64,000 nt of DNA from the IMG/VR virus record IMGVR_UViG_3300025723_000032, positions 3,368-67,367 of that record. One strand, 5' to 3'. This DNA is from a virus (lineage: Duplodnaviria; Caudoviricetes). A program made the translations under genes and the position numbers. How positions within the stretch are numbered: the stretch's first letter is position 1; each line of letters starts with the position of its first letter. Of this stretch, positions 26,755 to 36,279 are shown piece after piece. A model generated the notes under the pieces. It made no database searches. It was not told where the DNA came from and worked only from the letters and a program-made list of their open reading frames with translations.

Positions 26755-27999
26755 ATGTCAAACAATTTATTGACGATATCAAAAATCACAAATGAAGCTC
26801 TTATGGTGCTCGAAAACGAATTGACGTTTACGAGCGAGGTGGACCGCAATTACGATGATCAGTTCGCAGTGGTCGGTGCAAAAATCGGTAACACGGTTAA
26901 TGTTAGACGTCCCGGACGCTTCATTGGTACCACAGGCCCCGCGCTAAACGTTGAGGATTTCAACGAAACTAGCGTGCCCGTGACACTAAGCACCCAGTTC
27001 CATGTGGACACGCAGTTCACGACCCAAGACTTAGCGCTAAGCCTCGACATGTTCAGCGACCGAGTTTTGAAACCCGCTGTGGCCGCCATAGCCAATAAGA
27101 TAGACCGTGATGGATTGGTGATGGCTAAAAACAATACCGCAAATATTGTTGGCACGGCCGGAACACCGCCCACAGGTTTGATCACATATCTAACCGCCGC
27201 GGCTTATTTGGATGCGGAGGGCGCACCCCGTGATGGCCGCCGGTCTTGTATTGTGGAGCCATTTACATCGGCAACCATTGTTGATTCACTAAAAGGCTTG
27301 TTTGTTCCACAAGAGGCTATCGGTGAGCAATACAGGAAGGGGTTGATGGGCAGGGACAGCGCGGGGATGAATTGGAAAATGGACCAGAACGTGGTTAGCC
27401 AAACCTTTGGCAATAGCCCTACGGCCGTTTTATCGTGCAATACAAGCACCGCAACGGGATTTTTGACATCAGGATGGGCACAGACATCAACAATCGCACT
27501 AAGCGCCACTACGGCCGCCGGTCAATTGAATGTTGGTGATGTGATTCAGATTGCAAACGTCTACGCCGTTAACCCACAAAACCGCCAAGCCTATGGTAGC
27601 AACAAGCTAAGAAACTTTGTTGTCACCGCGGCCGCCACGGTTGCCACAAGCGGCACCACTAGCGTCACCGTTAGCCCCGCCGTTATCACCGCCGGTCAAT
27701 TCCAAAACGTTAGCGTGACAAGTGCGGGCGCAAGCACCGTGACACCATTTAACAATAGTGGCACCGTTTCACCCCAAAACATAATCATGCACCGTAACGC
27801 TTTCTGCTTGGCCGTGGCGGATCTCGAGCTACCCGAGGGGGTGCACTTCGCGGGCCGTGCAAGCGATAAAGAAATCGGCCTTTCCATGCGTGTGGTACGT
27901 CAGTACACCATCAACAATGATTCGATTCCAACCCGTTTGGATGTCTTATATGGATGGGCACCGTTGTATCCCGAATTGGCTTGCCGTGTTGCGGCTTAA
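26755..27999 (+). CDS. Major capsid protein, P22 coat (gp5) family, intronless allele
   Basis: 414 aa; KIGNTVNVRRP and RLDVLYGWAPLYPELACR motifs; follows scaffold. Confidence 0.9.
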   Translation: MSNNLLTISKITNEALMVLENELTFTSEVDRNYDDQFAVVGAKIGNTVNVRRPGRFIGTTGPALNVEDFNETSVPVTLSTQFHVDTQFTTQDLALSLDMFSDRVLKPAVAAIANKIDRDGLVMAKNNTANIVGTAGTPPTGLITYLTAAAYLDAEGAPRDGRRSCIVEPFTSATIVDSLKGLFVPQEAIGEQYRKGLMGRDSAGMNWKMDQNVVSQTFGNSPTAVLSCNTSTATGFLTSGWAQTSTIALSATTAAGQLNVGDVIQIANVYAVNPQNRQAYGSNKLRNFVVTAAATVATSGTTSVTVSPAVITAGQFQNVSVTSAGASTVTPFNNSGTVSPQNIIMHRNAFCLAVADLELPEGVHFAGRASDKEIGLSMRVVRQYTINNDSIPTRLDVLYGWAPLYPELACRVAA

Positions 28000-28024
28000 C
28001 GTTAAACATTAGGAGTAAAAAATC

Positions 28025-28465
28025 ATGGCAAATCCCGGACCAGCAACCACAGTAAGCAATCACCCACAAAACTTGGCCACAAACCAAGCCTTGCGTTTGA
28101 TTGCATCCGCACAATCCGTTAACCTAGCCCTAGCGGGTGATACCGCTATGACGGTGGTGGATGTTTCTAAATTTGTTCCCGTAAGCGTGTTGATCACCAA
28201 CGGCCTTAACAGTAGCGGCGCAACAACCACTATTGCAACGGCAACCGTTGGTGTTTACACCGGCGCATCACAAACAGGATCAACCGTGTTGACAACCGCC
28301 GCGTTGACAAGCAACACCGGTGGCCCTTATGTGACAACATCCACGGCAACAAATCCCGCAACCGCAATTTCTAACCCATCCACAATGTATGTGAATGTGG
28401 GCACAACGATTGCCGCCACTTGCGATGTATTTGTTTACGGCTATGACCTTACATTCTTACCATAA
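28025..28465 (+). CDS. Virion protein (capsid decoration candidate)
   Basis: 146 aa beta-rich, in capsid operon, near-identical at 62727. Confidence 0.65.
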   Translation: MANPGPATTVSNHPQNLATNQALRLIASAQSVNLALAGDTAMTVVDVSKFVPVSVLITNGLNSSGATTTIATATVGVYTGASQTGSTVLTTAALTSNTGGPYVTTSTATNPATAISNPSTMYVNVGTTIAATCDVFVYGYDLTFLP

Positions 28466-28482
28466 TGTTTAGGTAAATACGA

Positions 28483-28520
28483 AAAAGGCCATCCACAAAA
28501 CGGGTGGCTTTTTTTATTTT
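28483..28520 (+). terminator. Rho-independent terminator
   Basis: GGCCATCC/GGGTGGCT stem followed by a T run; equivalent at 63187. Confidence 0.8.
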
Positions 28521-28550
28521 TCAAGATACAATCAACACAAAGGAGTTTTT

Positions 28551-28877
28551 ATGTCATTACAAACAACAATCCTTAGGGGGAATATTCTTAATTCTTTCCT
28601 TGTTTACCCCACTTTATCCCCCGCCGCCGTTTCTGGCACACAAGCAACACAAACATTCACGATCCCCGGCCTTGTGGTCAACGATTTTGTGAATATTTCC
28701 TTGCAAGGTGCCCAAACAACCGGTGTGGGAATCGCTAACGCGTGGGTTTCGGCCGCTAACACCCTTTCTATTCAATTCACCAATAGCACAGGATCATCGG
28801 CAACGCCAGCATCCGGTGTTTATACACTTGGTGTTGATCGCTTAGAGGGCACGATCCTACCAACCAATGCGGTGTAA
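28551..28877 (+). CDS. Virion structural protein (beta-rich)
   Basis: 108 aa; diverged homologue at 63257. Confidence 0.6.
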   Translation: MSLQTTILRGNILNSFLVYPTLSPAAVSGTQATQTFTIPGLVVNDFVNISLQGAQTTGVGIANAWVSAANTLSIQFTNSTGSSATPASGVYTLGVDRLEGTILPTNAV

Positions 28878-28879
28878 TC

Positions 28880-29227
28880 ATGGCCGGATCAACCGTTCAA
28901 CGCAACGCGGGTCAGACGTATTGTCTTAGCGTCACCAATAGTGCCCATGCAAGCACTTTGATTGATGATCAGACAAACGATCAGATCAACTTCTGCTCAT
29001 TCCTAAACACGGGCGCATCGCCCATTGCGGTTAAGTTTGCGAATTATTCGCCATGCCCCGCCGCAACGTTTCCGAGTGATGGAACACCAGGGGATTATGT
29101 TTTGCCTGCGGGTATGACTTCTCCCCTTATCTTGGCAACACCAACCACGCCCTTTTACATGACGGCAATTAGTAATAGTGGCACGGCGGGTTTGCTTTAT
29201 GTAACGGCCGTTGGCGATCAAAGCTAA
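28880..29227 (+). CDS. Virion structural protein
   Basis: 115 aa; near-identical at 63583. Confidence 0.65.
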   Translation: MAGSTVQRNAGQTYCLSVTNSAHASTLIDDQTNDQINFCSFLNTGASPIAVKFANYSPCPAATFPSDGTPGDYVLPAGMTSPLILATPTTPFYMTAISNSGTAGLLYVTAVGDQS

Positions 29228-29228
29228 C

Positions 29229-31724
29229 ATGGTTGGCCCTAACAAAACTGTTGACCAAAACCTACTGCCCGTTCAGGCGTATTTTGCGGTCGATGGCACG
29301 TTTCAGACCTTTATCGGTCAGGGCCAACCTTTCACGGCCACAATCAGCCCTATTCAAAGCGGGCTAACAATCACCAATAGCACCCTAGATTCAAGCCCTA
29401 TTGGGGCTACAACGCCATCTACGGGGGCTTTTACAAGCATATCCACAACAACGGGCACGATCACCACATCGCCCGCTAATTCAACGGATATTGCCAATAA
29501 ATATTATGTGGATATGGTTGCCCAAGGGCTTGGCCCAAAGGCGGCGTGCCAAGTTGGAACAACCACAAACATCACGCTTTCGGGGCTACAAACCATTGAT
29601 GGATACACCACATTAACTGGTGATCGGGTTTTAGTCAAGAATCAAAGCACATCATCACAAAACGGCATCTATATTGCGTCATCAACGGCTTGGGCACGGG
29701 CGGTTGATATGGATGTGTGGGCGGAGGTTTCGGGCGCTTACACAGTGCTTTTAAACGGCGGACAAGCCGATACGGGATGGGTTTGCACGGCATCACAAAC
29801 GGGCACAATCGGTGTCACCGCAATGCCTTGGGTGCAATTTAGCGGATCGGCAACGTATTATGCGGGCACGGGGCTAACGCTATCATCCAATACATTTAGC
29901 ATCACCAACACGGGTGTCACGGCCGCAAGCTATGGATCGGCAAGCCAAACAGTCACTTTTGTGATTAACGCCCAAGGCCAAATCACTAGCGCAACATCAC
30001 AGAATATTGCTATTGCGGCATCACAAATCACAAGTGGCACGATTTCATCTAGCCTTGTAAGCGGGTCTTACACGGGAATCACGGGTGTTGGCACGCTAAC
30101 GGCGGGCACTTGGAATGCAAGCACCATAGCGGTGGCCTATGGAGGCACGGGGGCAACAACGCTAACGGGGTATGTTTACGGCAACGGCACGGGTGCTATG
30201 ACGGCCGCAACAACGATTCCAACAACCGCGCTTAGTGGCACGATTACTAACGCACAATTGGCCAATTCCACAATTTCGGGCGTGGCTTTGGGTGGAAATC
30301 TATTTGCTTTAACGATTGGATCAAATCTAAGCGGCACAAGTTATAACGGATCAAGTGCGGTGACGATTTCAAACACCGCGCCAATGGTTTATCCCGCATC
30401 GGGGATACCCAATTCAACCGGATCGGCATGGGGATCATCTTATTCAACAAGTGGATCGGGATCGGTTTTAGCATTGGCAACGGGCGCAAGCCTAGCAAAC
30501 CCGACTGTTTCTAATTACGCGACATTTACGCCCCAATCATCTTTGCCCAATTACGCACAGGGCGAATTGTTTTATGACCAAGCACAAGATGCCTTGGCTT
30601 ACTACAACGGCGTAACGAATAATGAATTGCACATTGGGCAAGAAATTCAATTAAAGGTTTACAACAACACGGGATCAACAATCAATGTTGGCCAACCCGT
30701 TTACATCACTAGCACATCTAGCGGATTTATTTATCCTTGCGTGGCTTTGGCCATTGCTAATAGCCTAACCACGGCCAACGTGATTGGATTGGCAAATCAG
30801 GCTATTCCAACGGGCACGGCGGGCTATGTGACCACGATTGGGGTTGTATCGGGTGTTAACACGGGCACTTATACAGTTGGTGACACGCTTTATTTATCGC
30901 CTTATTCGGCGGGCTATTATCAAAACACCATACCGCCCACGGGCTATGCCGTCAAAATTGGCACAGTTTCTTATGTAAATTCTAGTGGCCAAATTTACGT
31001 CAACAAAAGCAATTTGTCGGTTCAAGCGGGCAATATTGTTGGCCAAGTGGCTATAACGAATGGCGGCACAAACGGCACGGCAACACCCACGGCGGGTGCG
31101 GTTGCTTACGGAACGGGCACGGCTTACGGATTCACGGCGGCGGGCACAAGTGGCCAAGTCTTACAATCCAACGGATCAAGTGCGCCTAGTTGGGTGTCAC
31201 CAACGGCCTACGCAACAGTCACCGATGACACCACAACAAACGGCACGCGATACCCATTATTTGCCAACCAAACGGCGGGTAATTTAAGCACCGAATACAC
31301 ATCTAGCACCAAGCTACAATTTAATCCTAGCACGGGCGTATTTACGGCCACACAATTTAGCGGATCGGGTGCGGGGCTAACATCCATTCCCAATTCGGCA
31401 CTTAACAATTCTAGTGTGACAGTTGGGACAACGGCTATTTCGTTGGGATCATCGGCCACAACGATTGCGGGGCTTGTATCGGTTACTAGCACCACGTTTG
31501 TGGGCGCTTTAACCGGCAATGCAAGTAGCGCCACAACGGCCACAACGGCCACGAATGCAACAAATATAGCAATTACGGATAACACAAGCACTAACGCAAC
31601 GTATTATCCCGTGTTTGTATCAAATTCAAGCGGAAATAATGCCGCCACAACATCATCAACAAAGTTAAAATATAACCCATCCACGGGTGCGTTGTATGTT
31701 TCCGCAATTTATATTGCGCCATAA
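29229..31724 (+). CDS. Long tail fibre protein
   Basis: Start MVGPNK; DIANKYYVD and TTNITLSGLQTIDG...DRVLVKNQ fibre motifs; Thr/Ser/Gly-rich. Confidence 0.8.
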   Translation: MVGPNKTVDQNLLPVQAYFAVDGTFQTFIGQGQPFTATISPIQSGLTITNSTLDSSPIGATTPSTGAFTSISTTTGTITTSPANSTDIANKYYVDMVAQGLGPKAACQVGTTTNITLSGLQTIDGYTTLTGDRVLVKNQSTSSQNGIYIASSTAWARAVDMDVWAEVSGAYTVLLNGGQADTGWVCTASQTGTIGVTAMPWVQFSGSATYYAGTGLTLSSNTFSITNTGVTAASYGSASQTVTFVINAQGQITSATSQNIAIAASQITSGTISSSLVSGSYTGITGVGTLTAGTWNASTIAVAYGGTGATTLTGYVYGNGTGAMTAATTIPTTALSGTITNAQLANSTISGVALGGNLFALTIGSNLSGTSYNGSSAVTISNTAPMVYPASGIPNSTGSAWGSSYSTSGSGSVLALATGASLANPTVSNYATFTPQSSLPNYAQGELFYDQAQDALAYYNGVTNNELHIGQEIQLKVYNNTGSTINVGQPVYITSTSSGFIYPCVALAIANSLTTANVIGLANQAIPTGTAGYVTTIGVVSGVNTGTYTVGDTLYLSPYSAGYYQNTIPPTGYAVKIGTVSYVNSSGQIYVNKSNLSVQAGNIVGQVAITNGGTNGTATPTAGAVAYGTGTAYGFTAAGTSGQVLQSNGSSAPSWVSPTAYATVTDDTTTNGTRYPLFANQTAGNLSTEYTSSTKLQFNPSTGVFTATQFSGSGAGLTSIPNSALNNSSVTVGTTAISLGSSATTIAGLVSVTSTTFVGALTGNASSATTATTATNATNIAITDNTSTNATYYPVFVSNSSGNNAATTSSTKLKYNPSTGALYVSAIYIAP

Positions 31725-31733
31725 GGGGAAATC

Positions 31734-33377
31734 ATGGGAAATTTAGTATTTCAAGCGGCATCAGGCGGTCAGGTTGCACTAAGTGGCCCAAACACCGCAA
31801 GTAGCTATACGATTGCCGTGCCCGCCGTTTCTGGCACTTTTGTCACAACGGGTGACACTGGCACAGTTACGACAACCATGTTGGCAAGCACCACAGGATC
31901 GGGTGCGGTTGTATTGGCCACTAGCCCCACATTGGTGACACCGGCATTAGGAACGCCATCTAGCGTTACATTGACAAACGCAACAGGATTGCCTATATCA
32001 ACAGGATTAAGTGGCTTAACAACGAATGGCGTGGCCTACGCTACAAGTACAAGTGCTTTGGCTACTGGGTCTGCGTTGACTTTTAGTGGAGGCAATTTAC
32101 TTTGTACTGGTGCAATAACATCTAATAATACTGTTACAGCGCAATTAGATGGTTCTGATTCAGCAGGTGCAGGTGCAGGTTTTAATCTATTTAATAGTGG
32201 CTTCTCAAGAGGTTGGAGACAACAATTAAGTGCAAGTAATAACATAAACACTTATTATTTCAATGGTTCTTCTTATGTTTTATCCACAACTTTAAATACA
32301 TCAGGCAATCTAGGTATAGGTACAAGTAGTCCTAGTCAACCATTAGATGTAAATGGTGCTTCTAACATATTAAGTTACATTGGATTTAATAAAGGTGGAA
32401 CACAAGCATATATTGGCAGAGCATCTGATTTAGTTGCAGGCGGTTATGCAACCAATGATGTTGGCATACAAACAGTAGGTAAGTTTGTTGTTGCTACTGG
32501 TGGTGGTACTGTTACCATGAATTTAGATAACAATGGCAACTTAGGATTAGGAGTTACTCCTAGTGCTTTGTCTTTAAGTGGATACAAAGAATTAGAAATA
32601 GGTTCGATTGGTAATGGACTTCTTTCTGGCACTAATGATTTTATCTCAAAAACAAATGCCTATTACAACTCAGGGTGGAAGTACGCAACCTCTGGTTATC
32701 AAGCATCTATTTACGAACAAAATGCTGGTCAGCATATTTGGCAAATTGCTAGTTCAGGCACAGCAAATAACGCTATATCCTTTACTTCAGCAATGACACT
32801 AGATAATAGTGGAAGATTGTTGGTGGGGACTACAAGTGCTAATGGAAAATTGGCTGTGCTTGCTAGTGCTGATCCAGGAGGATTTAGTTTTAACACTTCA
32901 CTCATCAACAAATGGTCTGGTGACACTTCTAAATTTGGTCTTTATATTGGTAAATACGATAATGACAACACAACATCGCAAAGATTTATTGGTTTTTCAA
33001 TTAACAACGATTTAACAGCTTGTGGTCAAATTAACGCAAATGGAGCTGGTGCTGCGGCTTTTGGTTCGTTTTCTGATGTTCGTTTAAAAGAAAACATTGT
33101 TGATTTGCCTTCGCAACTTTCAAACATCATGGCATTGCATCCAGTAGAGTTTGATTACATTGCATCTGAAGGTGGAGGTCATCAAACTGGTTTTGTGGCT
33201 CAAGAAATTCAAAAAGTTTATCCTGATGCAGTTGGTGAGCGTAGTGATGGAATGCTAACAGTAACAGGTTGGAGTAAAACAGAAGCACGACTAGTCAAAG
33301 CCATTCAAGAACTCAACACCCTTGTCACAACCCAATCCGCTGAGATAGCGGCACTTAAACAGAAAGTAGGTATCTAA
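31734..33377 (+). CDS. Tail fibre / receptor-binding protein with C-terminal intramolecular chaperone (peptidase S74)
   Basis: GNLGIGT repeats; SDVRLKENI...GFVAQEIQKVYPDAV chaperone motif. Confidence 0.85.
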   Translation: MGNLVFQAASGGQVALSGPNTASSYTIAVPAVSGTFVTTGDTGTVTTTMLASTTGSGAVVLATSPTLVTPALGTPSSVTLTNATGLPISTGLSGLTTNGVAYATSTSALATGSALTFSGGNLLCTGAITSNNTVTAQLDGSDSAGAGAGFNLFNSGFSRGWRQQLSASNNINTYYFNGSSYVLSTTLNTSGNLGIGTSSPSQPLDVNGASNILSYIGFNKGGTQAYIGRASDLVAGGYATNDVGIQTVGKFVVATGGGTVTMNLDNNGNLGLGVTPSALSLSGYKELEIGSIGNGLLSGTNDFISKTNAYYNSGWKYATSGYQASIYEQNAGQHIWQIASSGTANNAISFTSAMTLDNSGRLLVGTTSANGKLAVLASADPGGFSFNTSLINKWSGDTSKFGLYIGKYDNDNTTSQRFIGFSINNDLTACGQINANGAGAAAFGSFSDVRLKENIVDLPSQLSNIMALHPVEFDYIASEGGGHQTGFVAQEIQKVYPDAVGERSDGMLTVTGWSKTEARLVKAIQELNTLVTTQSAEIAALKQKVGI

Positions 33378-33378
33378 C

Positions 33379-33732
33379 ATGGCAAACACATACAACTGGA
33401 TTGTGGAGCAGATGGACTGCTATCCCACATACGAATCACAAACAGACGTAGTCTTTACAGTCCACTGGCGTTGCAACGCAACATCAGACCAAACGCACGT
33501 TGTCAATGGTCAGACTGTGCCTTATACAGCAACTATATACAGCACACAATCTTTGACCTACACCGCTGGGTCACCTTTCACCCCGTTTGCAAGCCTAACG
33601 CAACAAGATGTGCTTAATTGGATTTGGGGTGCGGGTGTATCAGAAACGGCAACACAGACCGCATTGGATGGCATGATTAACGCACAGATCAATCCTACTG
33701 TTGTTACCCCTAAATTGCCTTGGGTGGCCTAA
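33379..33732 (+). CDS. Tail fibre accessory protein
   Basis: VVFTVHWRC...FTPFASLTQQDVLNWIW, a type commonly found after fibres. Confidence 0.6.
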   Translation: MANTYNWIVEQMDCYPTYESQTDVVFTVHWRCNATSDQTHVVNGQTVPYTATIYSTQSLTYTAGSPFTPFASLTQQDVLNWIWGAGVSETATQTALDGMINAQINPTVVTPKLPWVA

Positions 33733-34016
33733 TGGATTGGAAAATCTTAGACATTGAGCAAAAGGATGGCCAGATCACATCGGCCAAATACTATGTTACC
33801 AATGGCCAAGTGGATACAGAGGGTAATTGGTATTTCACCGAAAAGGGTGATATTCCTTTTGAGCAAGTGACGGAACAAAACGTGATTGATTGGATCAAAT
33901 CGGCATCTATGCTTGATGGAAAGAACATAATAGAATCACGGCTAGAGGAACAATCCAACCAACTTGTGAAAGCCGTTCCTCCTTGGCTTCCACAAACCTT
34001 TACACCAAATCTATGA
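33732..34016 (+). CDS. Tail fibre accessory-like protein
   Basis: IPFEQVTEQNVIDWIK resembles the preceding protein. Confidence 0.55.
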   Translation: MDWKILDIEQKDGQITSAKYYVTNGQVDTEGNWYFTEKGDIPFEQVTEQNVIDWIKSASMLDGKNIIESRLEEQSNQLVKAVPPWLPQTFTPNL

Positions 34017-34171
34017 AACTAGAACTTTCAATCCCACAAGTAAACACGATTTTTGTTGCATTGCAACGTAATCAGGAACTAATTGCACAGACGATGGAAG
34101 AAATCCAACGCCAAGGCAATGAACAGCAACCCAAACCCGCCGATGATGGTCACGTTGTAGTGCCCGCATAA
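34013..34171 (+). CDS. Small coiled-coil protein
   Basis: MKLELSIPQVNTIFVAL, coupled overlap. Confidence 0.55.
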   Translation: MKLELSIPQVNTIFVALQRNQELIAQTMEEIQRQGNEQQPKPADDGHVVVPA

Positions 34172-34172
34172 A

Positions 34173-34670
34173 ATGAAAACGCCAACACTTTTTCCTACGC
34201 AAGAAGAATTAAAGTCAAAATTTGATTATATTGACGGCAAACTTGTATGGAAAATTAAAACAAAAAGGGCCAATGTTGGCGATTTAGCTGGAACATTGCA
34301 TCCTAATGGTTATATGAGAACTGGATTAAATGGCCATTGTCATTTGAATCACAGATTAATTTTTATGTGGCATTATGGTTTTTTTCCTGAAATAGTTGAC
34401 CACATTGATGGAAACAAATTAAACAATTCAATAGAAAATTTACGACCAGCAACACAAATTCAAAATCAACAAAATCAAAAAATACGCAAAGAAAACACAT
34501 CAGGCTATAAAAATGTTTCTTTGTGCCCACAAACAAAAAAATGGAAAGTTTCCATAAAATTAAATGGCAAAGATATAAGATTTGGTCGTTTTGACGATAT
34601 TGAATTGGCAGATTTAGTAGCTCAAGAGGCTAGGGCTAAATATCATGGCGAATACGCAAGGAATCATTAA
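34173..34670 (+). CDS. Free-standing HNH homing endonuclease with AP2-like C-terminus
   Basis: HRLIF...VDHIDGNKLNNSIENLR motif; NTSGYKNV...WKVSI...GRF DNA-binding tail; AT-rich. Confidence 0.9.
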   Translation: MKTPTLFPTQEELKSKFDYIDGKLVWKIKTKRANVGDLAGTLHPNGYMRTGLNGHCHLNHRLIFMWHYGFFPEIVDHIDGNKLNNSIENLRPATQIQNQQNQKIRKENTSGYKNVSLCPQTKKWKVSIKLNGKDIRFGRFDDIELADLVAQEARAKYHGEYARNH

Positions 34671-35645
34671 ATGGCCACTACCCCGATAGATATAATAACC
34701 TCATCATTAAAAGACATTGGCGCATTGGCTGCTGGAGAAACTCCTACGCCTGAAGCTGCTCAAGATGCGTTCGTAATGATGCAACGCATGATTGACCAAT
34801 GGTCTAACGAGCAGATGATGGTGTTCTATAAGACAGAAATCATTTACACACTCACCCCAGGTCAAACCCAGTACACAATTGGCCCTGGCGGTGAGATCGG
34901 TGCAACCTTTACAGGATCAATCACCAACAACATTCTCACAGTCACAGCCATCACCCAGGGCGCTATTAGCCTAGGAATGACCCTATCAGGCACAGGTGTC
35001 ACAGCTGGGACTAAGATCACAGGATTCTTAACAGGCGCAGGCGGTAACGTTAACGAGTTGGGCACATATCAGCTCAACCTATCGCAAAACGTGGCTTCAA
35101 CAACGATTAACGCCTTTTATCAGCGCCCCCTCAGCATCAATTCGGCATTTGTACGCATCAACACCTCACAAAGTGGCGTACCCATCCTAAACGGCGGTCT
35201 AGACTATCCCGTGGCCATTTTGAACGTAGAAGACTATGAAATGATTGGTCTTAAAACGTTAAACGGACCTTGGCCAAAAGCACTCTACTATCAACCAACC
35301 GAGACACTAGGAAACATCTTTGTCTGGCCAAACCCAGCACAGGGTGAAATGCACATTTTTGCCGACACATTATTCAGCAAGTACACCACAATCAACGACA
35401 CAATGCTACTGCCAGAAGGCTTTGAGAGCTGTCTAGAATGGTGTTTAGCTGAACGTTTAATGCCCCAGTATGGCAAAGCATCAGCCACGCAAATATCAAT
35501 GATTAACGCTTTTGCAGCGCAGGGCAAAAGCACGATCAAGCGCACAAACATGAAGCCTGTTCAGTCGGCTAGGTATTCTGATGCTTTGTTGATGAGCAGG
35601 GCAAAAGATGCCGGCTGGATCTTGTCCGGCGGCTTTTTTAGGTAA
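34671..35645 (+). CDS. Head-tail adaptor, P22 gp4-like, with inserted beta module
   Basis: N-terminus [22 protein letters not shown]...MIDQWS; position before gp10. Confidence 0.75.
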   Translation: MATTPIDIITSSLKDIGALAAGETPTPEAAQDAFVMMQRMIDQWSNEQMMVFYKTEIIYTLTPGQTQYTIGPGGEIGATFTGSITNNILTVTAITQGAISLGMTLSGTGVTAGTKITGFLTGAGGNVNELGTYQLNLSQNVASTTINAFYQRPLSINSAFVRINTSQSGVPILNGGLDYPVAILNVEDYEMIGLKTLNGPWPKALYYQPTETLGNIFVWPNPAQGEMHIFADTLFSKYTTINDTMLLPEGFESCLEWCLAERLMPQYGKASATQISMINAFAAQGKSTIKRTNMKPVQSARYSDALLMSRAKDAGWILSGGFFR

Positions 35646-35646
35646 A

Positions 35647-36279
35647 ATGTTTTACATTTATCAACACCACAAAGCAGACACCAACGATATTTTTTACGTT
35701 GGGAAGGGTAAGGACAAGCGTCTGAACTCTAAAAGAGGTCGCAATCAATATTGGCACAATGTTGTTGATAAGCATGGATTTGTTGCAAAGGTAATTGCAG
35801 ACAATCTTGACGAAGAATTAGCATTTTTGTGTGAGATGGAGGCCATTGATCTTTACAAAAGAATCGGCATCCAACTTGTAAACGCAACAAATGGTGGTGA
35901 AGGTGCTTCAGGTTACAAACATACTGATGAGCATCGTGAAAAAATGAAGAATAATCTGTATTGGAGTTTTGCTAAAGAAAATGGTTTTAAAGGCAAAACC
36001 CATTCAGAAGAACAAAGAGAAAAGTGGAAAGAAACTCGCAAAGGCACACCTAGCCCAAGAAAAGGTGTAACTTTATCTAACGAAACAAAGCAAAAAATAA
36101 GTCAAGCTAGAACAGGAATGATTGTTAAAGCTAGACGAGTTTTGACTGACGAACAAGTTAAACAAATTAGAATTGAGCTTAAAACTGAAAGAATGGCAGT
36201 TCTTGCTAGAAAATACAATGTTGGCGAGACAACCATTAGCAGAATTCGAAATAACGAACGTTATCAGGATGTCACATAA
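35647..36279 (+). CDS. Free-standing GIY-YIG-type homing endonuclease with NUMOD3-like repeats and HTH
   Basis: FYIYQH...FYVGKG, E...[10 protein letters not shown]; [12 protein letters not shown] and [14 protein letters not shown] repeats; absent at the A locus (663-673). Confidence 0.8.
   Translation: MFYIYQHHKADTNDIFYVGKGKDKRLNSKRGRNQYWHNVVDKHGFVAKVIADNLDEELAFLCEMEAIDLYKRIGIQLVNATNGGEGASGYKHTDEHREKMKNNLYWSFAKENGFKGKTHSEEQREKWKETRKGTPSPRKGVTLSNETKQKISQARTGMIVKARRVLTDEQVKQIRIELKTERMAVLARKYNVGETTISRIRNNERYQDVT

Larger units (their letters stand above)
1..31990. mobile_element. Phage genome unit A (P22-like podovirus, circularly permuted, partial); right boundary approximate
   Basis: Full structural, lysis and early gene set; distinctive CAG/CTG-poor, GATC-rich composition; gene order repeated in unit B. 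Confidence 0.85.

Noticed and set aside
34000-35000. att sites, integrase or terminal repeats marking a prophage boundary at the A/B junction
   Set aside because: No recombinase gene, tRNA fragment or host gene was seen; genes run continuously through the hinge.
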